64,000 nt of DNA from an uncultured Planctomycetia bacterium (GCA_964632945.1 CAZWCX010000005.1:9305-73304), one strand, 5' to 3'; shown: positions 28,672 to 36,985, numbered from the stretch's first letter. Numbers and translations are program-made. The notes: a model not told the origin generated them from the letters alone.

Positions 28672-30282
28672 ATGAAACTCGGCGTGCTCGACCTCGGCAC
28701 CAACTCGATCCACATTCTCATCGCGGAAATCGGCCGGGACATGAGCTTCGAAGTGGTCGGCCGCGCCAAGGACATGACCCGCCTCGGCGACGGCACGCTC
28801 AAAAGCGGATTCATCGCTCGCGACAAGTTCGATCGCGGCATCTCGGTGGTGAAGCACTTCGTCCAATTGGCGCGCAACCGCGGCGTCAGCAAGATCTTCG
28901 GCGTCGCCACCGCGGCCATTCGCGAGGCGTCCAACGGCGGCGAGTTCCTCGACCGCATCCAGCACGAGGCCGAGATCACGGTCCGCACCGTGACCGGGGA
29001 GGAGGAATCGCGCCTCATCTACCTCGCGGTCCGCCACTTCCTCGACCTGTCGGGGAAGCCGTCGTTGATCATCGACATCGGCGGCGGCTCGGCCGAGTTG
29101 ATCGTCGGCACCGACAAGGCGATCCAGTACGCCCGCAGCCTCAAGCTCGGCGGCGCGCGCCTCAAGGACCTCTTCCTCACCGGCTACCCGGTGCCGAAGG
29201 CGGACCACCAGCACATCCACCGCCACCTGCAAGACAGCCTGCGCCACACGCTCGAGGACCTGAAGGGATTCCCCATCCGCCAGGTGATCGCGACGTCCGG
29301 GACCCTGATCAACCTCGGCTCGGTCATCAGCGCCCGCCGCGACGGCGAACCGCTCACCAACCCGCAGGGATTCTCGTTCGAGCGCGACGAACTGGACGAC
29401 CTTCACAAAATCCTGATTCGCAGCGACGAAACCGAACTGGGACAGCTCAAGGGGATCGACCCCAACCGCAAGGACATCCTGCTCCCGGGGGCCTGCCTGA
29501 CCCTGGAGGTGATGGAGGCGCTGGATCTGGACCGCGTGACCCTCTGCGACAAGGCGATCCGCGAGGGAGTGGTGCTCGACTACATCAGCAAGAACGCGCG
29601 CAAGCTCGCGCTCGAGGCCGAAATCCCGAACGTCCGCCCGCGCACGGTCCTCCAGCTCGCGAATCGGTGCGAATACGACGAGCCCCACGCCCGGGAGACG
29701 GCGCGGCTTGCGCTGCAGCTCTACGACCAGCTGCCCCTGCGCAACCTGCGGCCCGGGGCGCGGGAACTGCTCGAGTATGGGGCCTTGCTTCACGACATCG
29801 GCTACCACGTCAGCTTCGAGCAGCACCACAAGCACGGCTGGTACCTGATCAAGAACGGCGAACTCTCCGGATTCGCACCGGAGGAAATCGACATCCTGGC
29901 ATGCATCGCGCGGTACCACCGCAAGCGGGCGCCGCGCAAACGCGACACGGTGATGGCGGCGCTCACGAAGGAGGACAAGCGCACGGTGGAGACGCTCGCC
30001 GCGATCGTGCGCGTCGCCGACGCCCTCGACCGGAGTCACTTCCACGTGGTCGCTTCGCTCAAGGTGCAGATGCGCCCGCGCCAGGTGACGGTGCGGATCA
30101 CCGCCCAGGAGGATCCGGCGATGGAATTGTGGGCGGCGCGCCAGAAGGTGACGTTGCTGGAAAAGGTGCTCGGGCGCCCGGTCACCTTCGAGCTCGACCG
30201 GCGGACGCAGCAATTCGTCGAGCGCCGCGCCGCCGCCGCACAGAAACCCGGGAGCGAGGGGAAGAAGACCTCGCCCGGATGA
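28672..30282 (+). CDS. ppx: Ppx/GppA exopolyphosphatase with HD domain
   Basis: LDLGTNS, ATAAIREASNG, GEEESRL, DIGGGSAE and LLHDIGY..HHKHG motifs. Alternative start 28639. Confidence 0.92.
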   Translation: MKLGVLDLGTNSIHILIAEIGRDMSFEVVGRAKDMTRLGDGTLKSGFIARDKFDRGISVVKHFVQLARNRGVSKIFGVATAAIREASNGGEFLDRIQHEAEITVRTVTGEEESRLIYLAVRHFLDLSGKPSLIIDIGGGSAELIVGTDKAIQYARSLKLGGARLKDLFLTGYPVPKADHQHIHRHLQDSLRHTLEDLKGFPIRQVIATSGTLINLGSVISARRDGEPLTNPQGFSFERDELDDLHKILIRSDETELGQLKGIDPNRKDILLPGACLTLEVMEALDLDRVTLCDKAIREGVVLDYISKNARKLALEAEIPNVRPRTVLQLANRCEYDEPHARETARLALQLYDQLPLRNLRPGARELLEYGALLHDIGYHVSFEQHHKHGWYLIKNGELSGFAPEEIDILACIARYHRKRAPRKRDTVMAALTKEDKRTVETLAAIVRVADALDRSHFHVVASLKVQMRPRQVTVRITAQEDPAMELWAARQKVTLLEKVLGRPVTFELDRRTQQFVERRAAAAQKPGSEGKKTSPG

Positions 30283-30442
30283 TCCACGAACCGCTTCGCG
30301 GTTCGCGAACCATCCGGCCTCGGCCGGCCAAGCAGGCCGTCCGGAGCGGGACTGCCTCGACCAGCATGCGACACCGCGTCGCGCACGCCGGTCGCCCCGC
30401 GATCCGGGCTGCTGACGCAGCCAGGCGGCCGCGGGCGGATTC

Positions 30443-30472
30443 TTCACGAAGCCGCCGACGCGGCTTCATGAA
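30443..30472. terminator. Hairpin between convergent ppx and desaturase genes
   Basis: TTCAC-GAAGCCGC-CGAC-GCGGCTTC-ATGAA. Confidence 0.5.
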
Positions 30473-30495
30473 TCATCCGGGCCGGCGACCCGTGC

Positions 30496-31500
30496 CTACG
30501 CCGTTTCGCCGCCCGACCCCACCCCGGTTTCCACCGGACCGGCGCCTGCGTGCGCCATCTCCTCCAGCACCTTCGCCGGGATCGGCCGCAGGTCCGAGAC
30601 CAGACCCGCCCAGGACATCGCCCGCAGCACCCAATAGGTGGGGTCGAACTCGTACCAGGCGAATCCCTGGTGCACCGTCGACTGGCAGTAGTGGTGGTTG
30701 TTGTGCCAGCCTTCCCCCATCGTGATCAGCGCCACCAGCCAGTTGTTGCGGCTCTCGTCCGTCGTGACGAATCGCTTCGTCCCGAAGAGGTGGGTCAGCG
30801 AGTTGACCGTGAACGTCCCGTGCGCGAGCACCACGGTGGAAATGAAAAAGCCCCAGATCAACATCTGCCACGCTCCCGTCCCCAGCGCGGGAGCCCAGAT
30901 CTCGAGCCCCCAGCCGAAGAAGAACAGCCCGACGGCGAGCGCCACCGGCACCAGCAGGTCGAACCGGTTCAGAAAGCGCAGTTCCGGATACCGCAGGAGG
31001 TCCGGCACCGACCGGTAGTCCGGTTGGAAATTGGCCAGCGACAGGAACCAGAGCGTGTGGCTCCACCAGAAGCCGTGCCGGATCGGGGAGTGCGCGTCCA
31101 CCTCCTCGTCCGAATGGAGGTGATGGTGCCGGTGGTGCGCCGCCCACCAGATCGGACCCCGCTGCGTCGCAGAGCAGCCGACCAGGGCGAAGGCGAACTG
31201 ACACGCGCGCGAGGTCCGGAACGTCTTGTGCGAGAAGTAGCGATGGTAGAAGCCGGTGATCGCGAACATTCGCACCCAGTAGAGCGCGATCGCGACCCCG
31301 ACCGCCGTCCAGCTCCAGCCGACCCAGATCACGGCAAGGCAGGCGACGTGCATCAGGAAGTACGGGATCGCCCGGAGGTAATCGATCCGGTCCGGTTCGT
31401 CCGGGTTGAACACGTGGCCGCCCAGCGAGGTATCGAACCAGCGGGCGATCGAGCGGATCGTGCGCGCGAAGACCGAACCGGAGGGGGTGGTGGAGGTCAC
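30496..31500 (-). CDS. Acyl-CoA (delta-9-type) fatty acid desaturase
   Basis: Three His boxes: HRYFSH, HHRHHH and WHNNHH. TM segments. GTG start after GGGAG. Confidence 0.93.
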   Translation of the reverse strand: MTSTTPSGSVFARTIRSIARWFDTSLGGHVFNPDEPDRIDYLRAIPYFLMHVACLAVIWVGWSWTAVGVAIALYWVRMFAITGFYHRYFSHKTFRTSRACQFAFALVGCSATQRGPIWWAAHHRHHHLHSDEEVDAHSPIRHGFWWSHTLWFLSLANFQPDYRSVPDLLRYPELRFLNRFDLLVPVALAVGLFFFGWGLEIWAPALGTGAWQMLIWGFFISTVVLAHGTFTVNSLTHLFGTKRFVTTDESRNNWLVALITMGEGWHNNHHYCQSTVHQGFAWYEFDPTYWVLRAMSWAGLVSDLRPIPAKVLEEMAHAGAGPVETGVGSGGETA

Positions 31501-31585
31501 GGCGAGACTCCCAGCAACGGAGGCGAATTTGAAGTAAGGGCATCTTCTCTCCGTCCAGGGGGACGCTCAATACGTATCTCCATGA

Positions 31586-31622
31586 GTCACAAACAAATTG
31601 GCAATGTCACAGGATTGTTACA
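31586..31622. promoter_or_regulatory. OmpR/PhoB-like direct repeats in the divergent desaturase/flgM intergenic region
   Basis: GTCACA (31586), TGTCAC-N5-TGTTAC with 11-bp period (31605, 31616). Confidence 0.35.
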
Positions 31623-31666
31623 TTGGCGTGTGGGTGCCGAAAATGGCAGGTTGCGAATGCTCTGGC

Positions 31667-31694
31667 TCAAGATTTCGTGCCGGATGGCCGATAC
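31667..31694 (+). promoter_or_regulatory. sigma28 (FliA)-type promoter upstream of flgM
   Basis: TCAAGATT-N12-GCCGATAC versus consensus TAAAGTTT-N11/12-GCCGATAA. Confidence 0.6.
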
Positions 31695-31776
31695 AGTAAA
31701 GTACATGGGGAAATTGGTTTGAGGGCGCGCCTGACTGTGAGGGCGGTCAGGGCGTCCGCTAGGAGAGGGTTGGTGC

Positions 31777-32058
31777 ATGGAAATCGTGCGTTCTGATGGT
31801 CCGTCCGGACCGGGGCGCGTCGAGGGACCGCGCCTGGGGTCGGTGAACCCCGCTGCCTCCGTCCCGCTGTCCGCCCGGGGCGACCGGGTGGAAATCTCCG
31901 AAGCCGCGCGCCTTTCTTCCGCCGTCGCGCGCGTTCCCGACGTGCGCACCGAGAAGATCCGCAACCTTCGCGACGTGATCGCCCGGGGCGATTACGAGTC
32001 CGAAGAGAAGTTCCGCATTGCCGTCGAGCGGTTCCTCGACGAACTCGACGGCGCGTAG
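31777..32058 (+). CDS. flgM: Anti-sigma28 factor FlgM
   Basis: 93 aa with DRVEISEAAR...PDVRTEKIRNLRDVIARGDY, the FlgM pattern. sigma28-like promoter upstream. Confidence 0.8.
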   Translation: MEIVRSDGPSGPGRVEGPRLGSVNPAASVPLSARGDRVEISEAARLSSAVARVPDVRTEKIRNLRDVIARGDYESEEKFRIAVERFLDELDGA

Positions 32059-32059
32059 G

Positions 32060-32827
32060 GTGGGACGCATCCTCTGTGCGCGCTGCCTGGGCTCCTTCGA
32101 CGAGGAGCTCATGGCGCGCGAGGGCCGGGAGGTCCTCTGCGCCGATTGCCGACAGCGCGCCCGCGCCGCTCCCCCCCCGGCGCCCGCGCGCTCCCCGGCC
32201 GGGTCCGAGGCGACGCCGGCCGGGACTGCGGACCCGGAGTCTGCGCAGCCGCCCGATTCCCCGTGGGTTGCGGCCTTGCGCCACGAGATCGAGTCGTGGT
32301 GCGCCGGCCGCAATCTCTGGGTGCGCCTCCCGCTCCTGATCTGGTTCCTCCTTATCCTCGCCCGCCACTGGGCGAACCCGGAGTACCAGAGCCTCTTCAA
32401 GCCGCTCAACCTGGGCATCCACGAACTCGGTCACTACCTGTTCGCCGCCTTCGGCAACTTCATGGCCGTTGCCGGCGGGTCGCTCGCCCAATGCCTCGCC
32501 CCCCTCGCCTCGATGATCATGTTCTGGCGGCAGCCGGACTATTTCGCCATCGCCGTGTGCTTCGGCTGGCTGGGCACCAACTGCTTCGACGTGGCCGTGT
32601 ATGCCGGGGATGCCCGCAGCATGGCTCTTCCCCTGGTCACCCCCGGCGGCGGGGAACCGATCCACGACTGGAATTGGCTGCTGGCCCGGATGGGCATGCT
32701 GGAGTGGGATCGCACGATCGAGATCCTCCTGCGCCTCCTCGGGTCCGCCTCCCTGCTTGCCGGAACGGCCGCGGGCGGCTGGATGCTGTGGGTCATGTAC
32801 CGGAATCCGACCCCCCGCCCGCACTGA
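32060..32827 (+). CDS. Membrane protein with N-terminal Zn finger and HExxH motif (M50B-like)
   Basis: GTG 1 nt after the flgM stop. CARC...CADC; NLGIHELGHYLF; HDWNWLL; several TM segments. Confidence 0.75.
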   Translation: MGRILCARCLGSFDEELMAREGREVLCADCRQRARAAPPPAPARSPAGSEATPAGTADPESAQPPDSPWVAALRHEIESWCAGRNLWVRLPLLIWFLLILARHWANPEYQSLFKPLNLGIHELGHYLFAAFGNFMAVAGGSLAQCLAPLASMIMFWRQPDYFAIAVCFGWLGTNCFDVAVYAGDARSMALPLVTPGGGEPIHDWNWLLARMGMLEWDRTIEILLRLLGSASLLAGTAAGGWMLWVMYRNPTPRPH

Positions 32828-32857
32828 CCGGCCGCGCCCGGTTGCCTCCGCCGTCGT

Positions 32858-32886
32858 TTGACACGGTGCGTCGCCGCGAGTACACT
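32858..32886 (+). promoter_or_regulatory. sigma70 promoter for the SRPBCC-ettA operon
   Basis: TTGACA-N17-TACACT. Confidence 0.75.
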
Positions 32887-32912
32887 CCCTGGCTCGAATT
32901 CCGGAGGTCACC

Positions 32913-33422
32913 ATGAATCTCGACGACGCCACGCGCAGCCGCCTGGAGCGCGGCGACGTGATCACCTCCCTGACCGACGTGAACGGACACAAGCGCGCGC
33001 AGGCGCTCGCGCTCATCTCCGCGCCCGTCGACGCCGTCTGGGAGGCGATCACCGACTACGACGAGTACAAGAACTTCATGCCCCACACCAAGGAGAGCAA
33101 GGTGCTCTCGCGCAAGAAAAACGAAGTGCTGTTCCACACCGAGCTCGAATTCCCGATCAAGGAAATCTGGTACGACATCCTCCTCACTCTCGATAAAAAA
33201 AACCACCACGTGGACTGGGTGATGAAGGAGGGGAGCATCCGTTCCAACGAGGGGTCGTGGGACCTGAAGAAGTATGACGGGGACCGGAAGCGGACCTTCG
33301 CGACCTACACCCTCGCGACCGATCCGGGCTTTTTCGTTCCGAAGTTCCTGCTCGAGAAGGCGACCCAGGGGTCGCTTCCGCTGATCATCCAGTCCGTCCG
33401 CAAGCGGGTCGAAAAGGGGTAA
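32913..33422 (+). CDS. SRPBCC/START (polyketide cyclase/COQ10-like) protein
   Basis: ISAPVDAVWEAITDYDEYKNFMPH...NEGSWDL...YTLATDPG. SD GGAGG. Confidence 0.85.
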   Translation: MNLDDATRSRLERGDVITSLTDVNGHKRAQALALISAPVDAVWEAITDYDEYKNFMPHTKESKVLSRKKNEVLFHTELEFPIKEIWYDILLTLDKKNHHVDWVMKEGSIRSNEGSWDLKKYDGDRKRTFATYTLATDPGFFVPKFLLEKATQGSLPLIIQSVRKRVEKG

Positions 33423-33427
33423 GCGTC

Positions 33428-35104
33428 ATGGCCCAGCAATTCATCATGGTCATCAAGGGCTTGCGCAAGTACTACGAGCGCAAGGAGGTCATCCGGGACA
33501 TCTCCCTCTCGTTCTACCCCGGCGCCAAGATCGGCATCCTGGGCGGAAACGGGGCCGGAAAGTCGACCCTGCTCCGGGTCATGGCCGGCGTGGAGAAGGA
33601 CATCGAGGGGGAAGTCTGGCACGCCCCCGGCACCACGATCGGGTATGTCCCGCAGGAACCGCTCCTCGACACGGACAAGGACGTGCGCGGCGTCGTCGAG
33701 GAGGCGGTGGAGCCGGTGCGTCGATTGCTGCAGGAACACGAGGAGATCGGCGCCCGCCTCGGGGAACCGCTCGAACCGGAGGAGATGGAAAAGGCCCTGG
33801 CGCGCCTGGAGACGGTTCAGGCCCAGATTGAGGCCTGCGGCGGGTGGGAGCTCGACCGGCAGCTGGAAATCGCGTCGGACGCGCTGCGTCTGCCCCCCTG
33901 GGACGCCAAGGTGAAGGTCCTCTCCGGCGGGGAGCGGCGGCGGGTGGCGCTCTGTCGCGTGCTCATGCAGCGTCCGGATCTCCTGCTCCTCGACGAACCG
34001 ACCAACCACCTCGATGCCGACACCGTGGCCTGGCTCGAACACCATCTCCAGGAGTATGCCGGATCGGTCATCGCGGTCACGCACGATCGTTACTTCCTGG
34101 ACAACGTCGCCGGCTGGATCCTCGAACTCGATCGCGGCCACGGCATCCCGTGGAAGGGGAATTATTCGAGTTGGCTGGAGCAGAAGAAACAGCGGCTGGA
34201 GCTCGAGGAAAAGGCGGAGACGGCGCGTCAGCGCACCCTGATGCGGGAGCTGGAGTGGGTCCGCATGTCCCCCCGGGCTCGCGTGGCCAAGAGCAAGGCC
34301 CGCCTGAAGGCGTACAACGAACTCGCCGCCCAGGAATTCGAGGAGCGGTCGGAGTCGGTCGTCCTTCAGCTGCCCCCGGGTCCGCAGCTCGGCAATCAGG
34401 TGGTCGAGACCCGCAGCCTGCGCAAGGGGTACGGGGACCGGGTGCTGATCGAGGACCTGACCTTCTCCCTCCCGCCCGGTGGAATCGTCGGGGTGATCGG
34501 CCCGAATGGCGCCGGCAAGACCACGCTCTTCCGCATGATCGTCGGCGAAGAGAAACCCGACTCCGGCGAGCTCGTGGTGGGAAACAGTGTCGTCCTGGCC
34601 TACGTGGACCAGAATCGCGAGACCCTGAACCCCGATCAGAGCGTCTTCCAGGAGGTCTCCGACGGGAAGGAGACCATCAAATTCGGCAAACGGGAGATCA
34701 ACTCCCGGGCCTACCTGGCGCGCTTCAATTTCAAGGGGTCGGACCAACAGAAGAAGGTGGGGGAGCTCTCCGGCGGGGAGCGAAATCGGATCCAGCTCGC
34801 CAAGTTGCTCCGTCGGGGGGGAAATGTCATCCTGCTCGACGAACCGACCAACGACTTGGATGTAGATACGCTTCGCGTCCTGGAGGAGGCCCTGCTGAAC
34901 TTCGCCGGGTGTGCGGTGATCATCAGCCACGACCGGTGGTTCCTGGACCGGATCGCGACCCACATCCTGTCCTTCGAGGGTGAGGGAAGGGTCCGCTGGT
35001 GGGAAGGCAACTACCAGTCCTATCACGAGATGCGCCGTGGCGAACTCGGGGACGCCGCCGATCGGCCGAGTCGCCTGAAGTACAAGAAGTTGATGAAAAC
35101 CTAG
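33428..35104 (+). CDS. ettA: Energy-dependent translational throttle protein EttA (ABC-F)
   Basis: ISLSFYPGAKIG, GGNGAGKST, LSGGERRRVAL, ELEWVRMSPRARVAKSKARL, second ABC domain GPNGAGKTT. Confidence 0.96.
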   Translation: MAQQFIMVIKGLRKYYERKEVIRDISLSFYPGAKIGILGGNGAGKSTLLRVMAGVEKDIEGEVWHAPGTTIGYVPQEPLLDTDKDVRGVVEEAVEPVRRLLQEHEEIGARLGEPLEPEEMEKALARLETVQAQIEACGGWELDRQLEIASDALRLPPWDAKVKVLSGGERRRVALCRVLMQRPDLLLLDEPTNHLDADTVAWLEHHLQEYAGSVIAVTHDRYFLDNVAGWILELDRGHGIPWKGNYSSWLEQKKQRLELEEKAETARQRTLMRELEWVRMSPRARVAKSKARLKAYNELAAQEFEERSESVVLQLPPGPQLGNQVVETRSLRKGYGDRVLIEDLTFSLPPGGIVGVIGPNGAGKTTLFRMIVGEEKPDSGELVVGNSVVLAYVDQNRETLNPDQSVFQEVSDGKETIKFGKREINSRAYLARFNFKGSDQQKKVGELSGGERNRIQLAKLLRRGGNVILLDEPTNDLDVDTLRVLEEALLNFAGCAVIISHDRWFLDRIATHILSFEGEGRVRWWEGNYQSYHEMRRGELGDAADRPSRLKYKKLMKT

Positions 35105-35268
35105 ATTACGTAACCGGTTGTGGAGTCTCCCATGGAACCAACCCGCCCCGGTTCGGTGGCGGCCCGCAGGCAGGGAATCGGGCCGACCGGGACACGGGGA
35201 TCGCGTGACGCCGCCCGCGCGAGGGGGGCTCCCAGGAACGCGCCCAAAGATTCCGAATTGGTAATAGT

Positions 35269-35286
35269 CGTTACTGCGGCGCAACA
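35269..35286 (+). promoter_or_regulatory. Candidate enhancer (UAS) for a sigma54 activator, copy 1
   Basis: CGT-N12-ACA (CGTTACTGCGGCGCAACA), 110 bp upstream of the -24 GG. Matches the site at 36467. Confidence 0.55.
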
Positions 35287-35377
35287 GATAGCCGGGATCG
35301 ATTTTGGGTGGAAATTGGTACGTTTCATTAAGTGCTTATAGATTAATGATTTATTAATTTCACGCTTCAATCGTCTT

Positions 35378-35395
35378 GGGTATGTCGATTGCTAA
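35378..35395 (+). promoter_or_regulatory. sigma54 -24/-12 promoter, copy 1
   Basis: GGGTATG-TCGA-TTGCTAA with GG-N10-GC spacing; AT-rich tract upstream. Confidence 0.65.
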
Positions 35396-35498
35396 CACCC
35401 CTCCCATCGGATTGACAACGAGACGACGAACGATACGGAGACAGAGAGAGTGAATCCCCGCAAGGGGGTCGAGTTGGTTGCGTTGTTGGAGTAGGAAT

Positions 35499-35768
35499 AT
35501 GAAGCACCTGTTCACACTGGCCGCAGTGCTGGTGCTGGTCGGGACGCTCTTCGTGGGCGTGCCTGCCAGCGTGTTCGGGTGACCCCCGCCTGGGGCCCCG
35601 CCTCCCCCGGACATTACGCCTGGCCCGGGTCCGGTTCCGGATCCGCCGGGGGGAGATGATGATGGTGGTGGTGACGACGATGACGGTGGTGGCGACGACG
35701 ACGACGGCGGCCCGGAGACGCAGGTTGATGACGGGCCCGACGCTGGCGAAGAGCGCTATCTGATGTAA
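35499..35768 (+). CDS. Small secreted Pro/Gly/Asp-rich peptide with an in-frame TGA at codon 28, copy 1 (89 aa if read through)
   Basis: SD GGAGTAGGA, MKHLFTLAAVLVLVGTLFVGVPASVFG, TGA (35580..35582), then PPPGAPPPPDITPGPGPVPDPPGGDDDGGGDDDDGGGDDDDGGPETQVDDGPDAGEERYLM-TAA. Missed by the ORF track. Confidence 0.7.
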
Positions 35769-35790
35769 TCGTTCCTCACTTCAGAACATC

Positions 35791-35832
35791 CTCGAGGGCT
35801 CGCGACACCCGTCGCGGGCCTTCGAGTGTTTT
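35791..35832 (+). terminator. Intrinsic terminator after copy 1
   Basis: 16-bp stem CTCGAGGGCTCGCGAC-ACCC-GTCGCGGGCCTTCGAG followed by TGTTTT. Confidence 0.7.
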
Positions 35833-36466
35833 CGGGGTCTTTACAGCCTCTGCACTTGCACGTCCTCGACGGCCGCCCGTCAACCCGCGCGTTGCGGGAG
35901 CTACTGCCGGGCCGGAATCGTGCCGGGCGTCCCCGACGCCGCTCACACCGGAGGCCATGGATCCTGGCTCGCCCCCCGGCTCATCTCGGCTTGGCTGGGA
36001 TCTTTGTAGGGAAGGCTCCGGGAGCAGGCGCGGCGACACAAATGCGGCTCCCGTTGGCCCGGCGTCAGGCCGGCCCGGGTCCAGGCGCACGGAGACCCGC
36101 ACCCGCGCGCGAGCGGGGGGCGGTCGCGGCCGTTCGTGGTGCTCGCCCCTCGGCTCAGGACCCGCGCGCGATCGGGACGCGGTGGCGAGGCGGTCCATGC
36201 CCCGGGCGTGGGCCAAGGACTCCGTCCGAATCGAGCGACCGTCGGCCGCCTTGCCACTTCGATGGATCTTCTTAAAGTGGGCGTTCATGTAGTAGCGTGA
36301 ATGCGAGAAGTGCGGGGCGTGCGCACCCAGGTCCGGGGTGTTCCCCTGCGGTCGAGTTTCCGCCCCGACGCGATCCAGTACCCACCGCCCGTGCCCGAGA
36401 CCCGTCCGATCTCGGTCGGGCCCTCGCCTGAATCGCTACCCTGAGGAAACAGTCATTGGAGTTCCC

Positions 36467-36484
36467 TGTTACCCGTGCGGAACA
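36467..36484 (+). promoter_or_regulatory. Candidate enhancer (UAS) for a sigma54 activator, copy 2
   Basis: TGT-N12-ACA (TGTTACCCGTGCGGAACA), 112 bp upstream of the -24 GG. Confidence 0.55.
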
Positions 36485-36577
36485 AATCGAAAGTCGTGAT
36501 CCAGCGCTGAATTCCAAGTATGGTTTTAAAGCGTTTTATAATAACATGTTGAGAAACAAATAAGAATTCTAGTCCTG

Positions 36578-36595
36578 CGGTACGGTCGTTGCTAA
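36578..36595 (+). promoter_or_regulatory. sigma54 -24/-12 promoter, copy 2
   Basis: CGGTACG-GTCG-TTGCTAA versus consensus TGGCACG-N4-TTGCW; AT-rich tract upstream. Confidence 0.7.
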
Positions 36596-36688
36596 ATGCA
36601 CCCTCGTCCAACACGAACGACGCCGAACGAAACCAACGAAGTAGTGACGGGGCCGCGAGGCCCTGAAGGACCTGTGAAGGAGAGAAGC

Positions 36689-36958
36689 ATGAAGCACCTG
36701 TTCACACTGGCCGCAGTGCTGGTGCTGGTCGGGACGCTCTTCGTGGGCGTGCCTGCCAGCGTGTTCGGGTGACCCCCGCCTGGGGCCCCGCCTCCCCCGG
36801 ACATTACGCCTGGCCCGGGTCCGGTTCCGGATCCGCCGGGGGGAGATGATGATGGTGGTGGTGACGACGATGACGGTGGTGGCGACGACGACGACGGCGG
36901 CCCGGAGACGCAGGTTGATGACGGGCCCGACGCTGGCGAAGAGCGCTATCTGATGTAA
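36689..36958 (+). CDS. Small secreted Pro/Gly/Asp-rich peptide with an in-frame TGA at codon 28, copy 2
   Basis: Identical by eye to 35499..35768. SD AAGGAG. TGA at 36770..36772. Confidence 0.7.
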
Positions 36959-36985
36959 TCTCCTCAACACAGTGGAACGTTCCAG

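Larger units (their letters stand above)
35499..36960 (+). repeat. Direct repeat pair of 272 nt (35499..35770 and 36689..36960, offset 1190)
   Basis: Identity starts exactly at the ATG and ends 2 nt after the TAA. Flanks differ. Confidence 0.9.

Noticed and set aside
35776-36288. Minus-strand ORF between the duplicated peptide genes
   Set aside because: No SD, Arg/Pro-rich shadow-like composition, and it overlaps the terminator of copy 1. It cannot be excluded but is unsupported.
36537-36542. TATAAT as a sigma70 -10 for copy 2
   Set aside because: No good -35 at 16-18 nt and no counterpart at copy 1. It is better explained as part of the AT-rich tract of the shared sigma54 layout.
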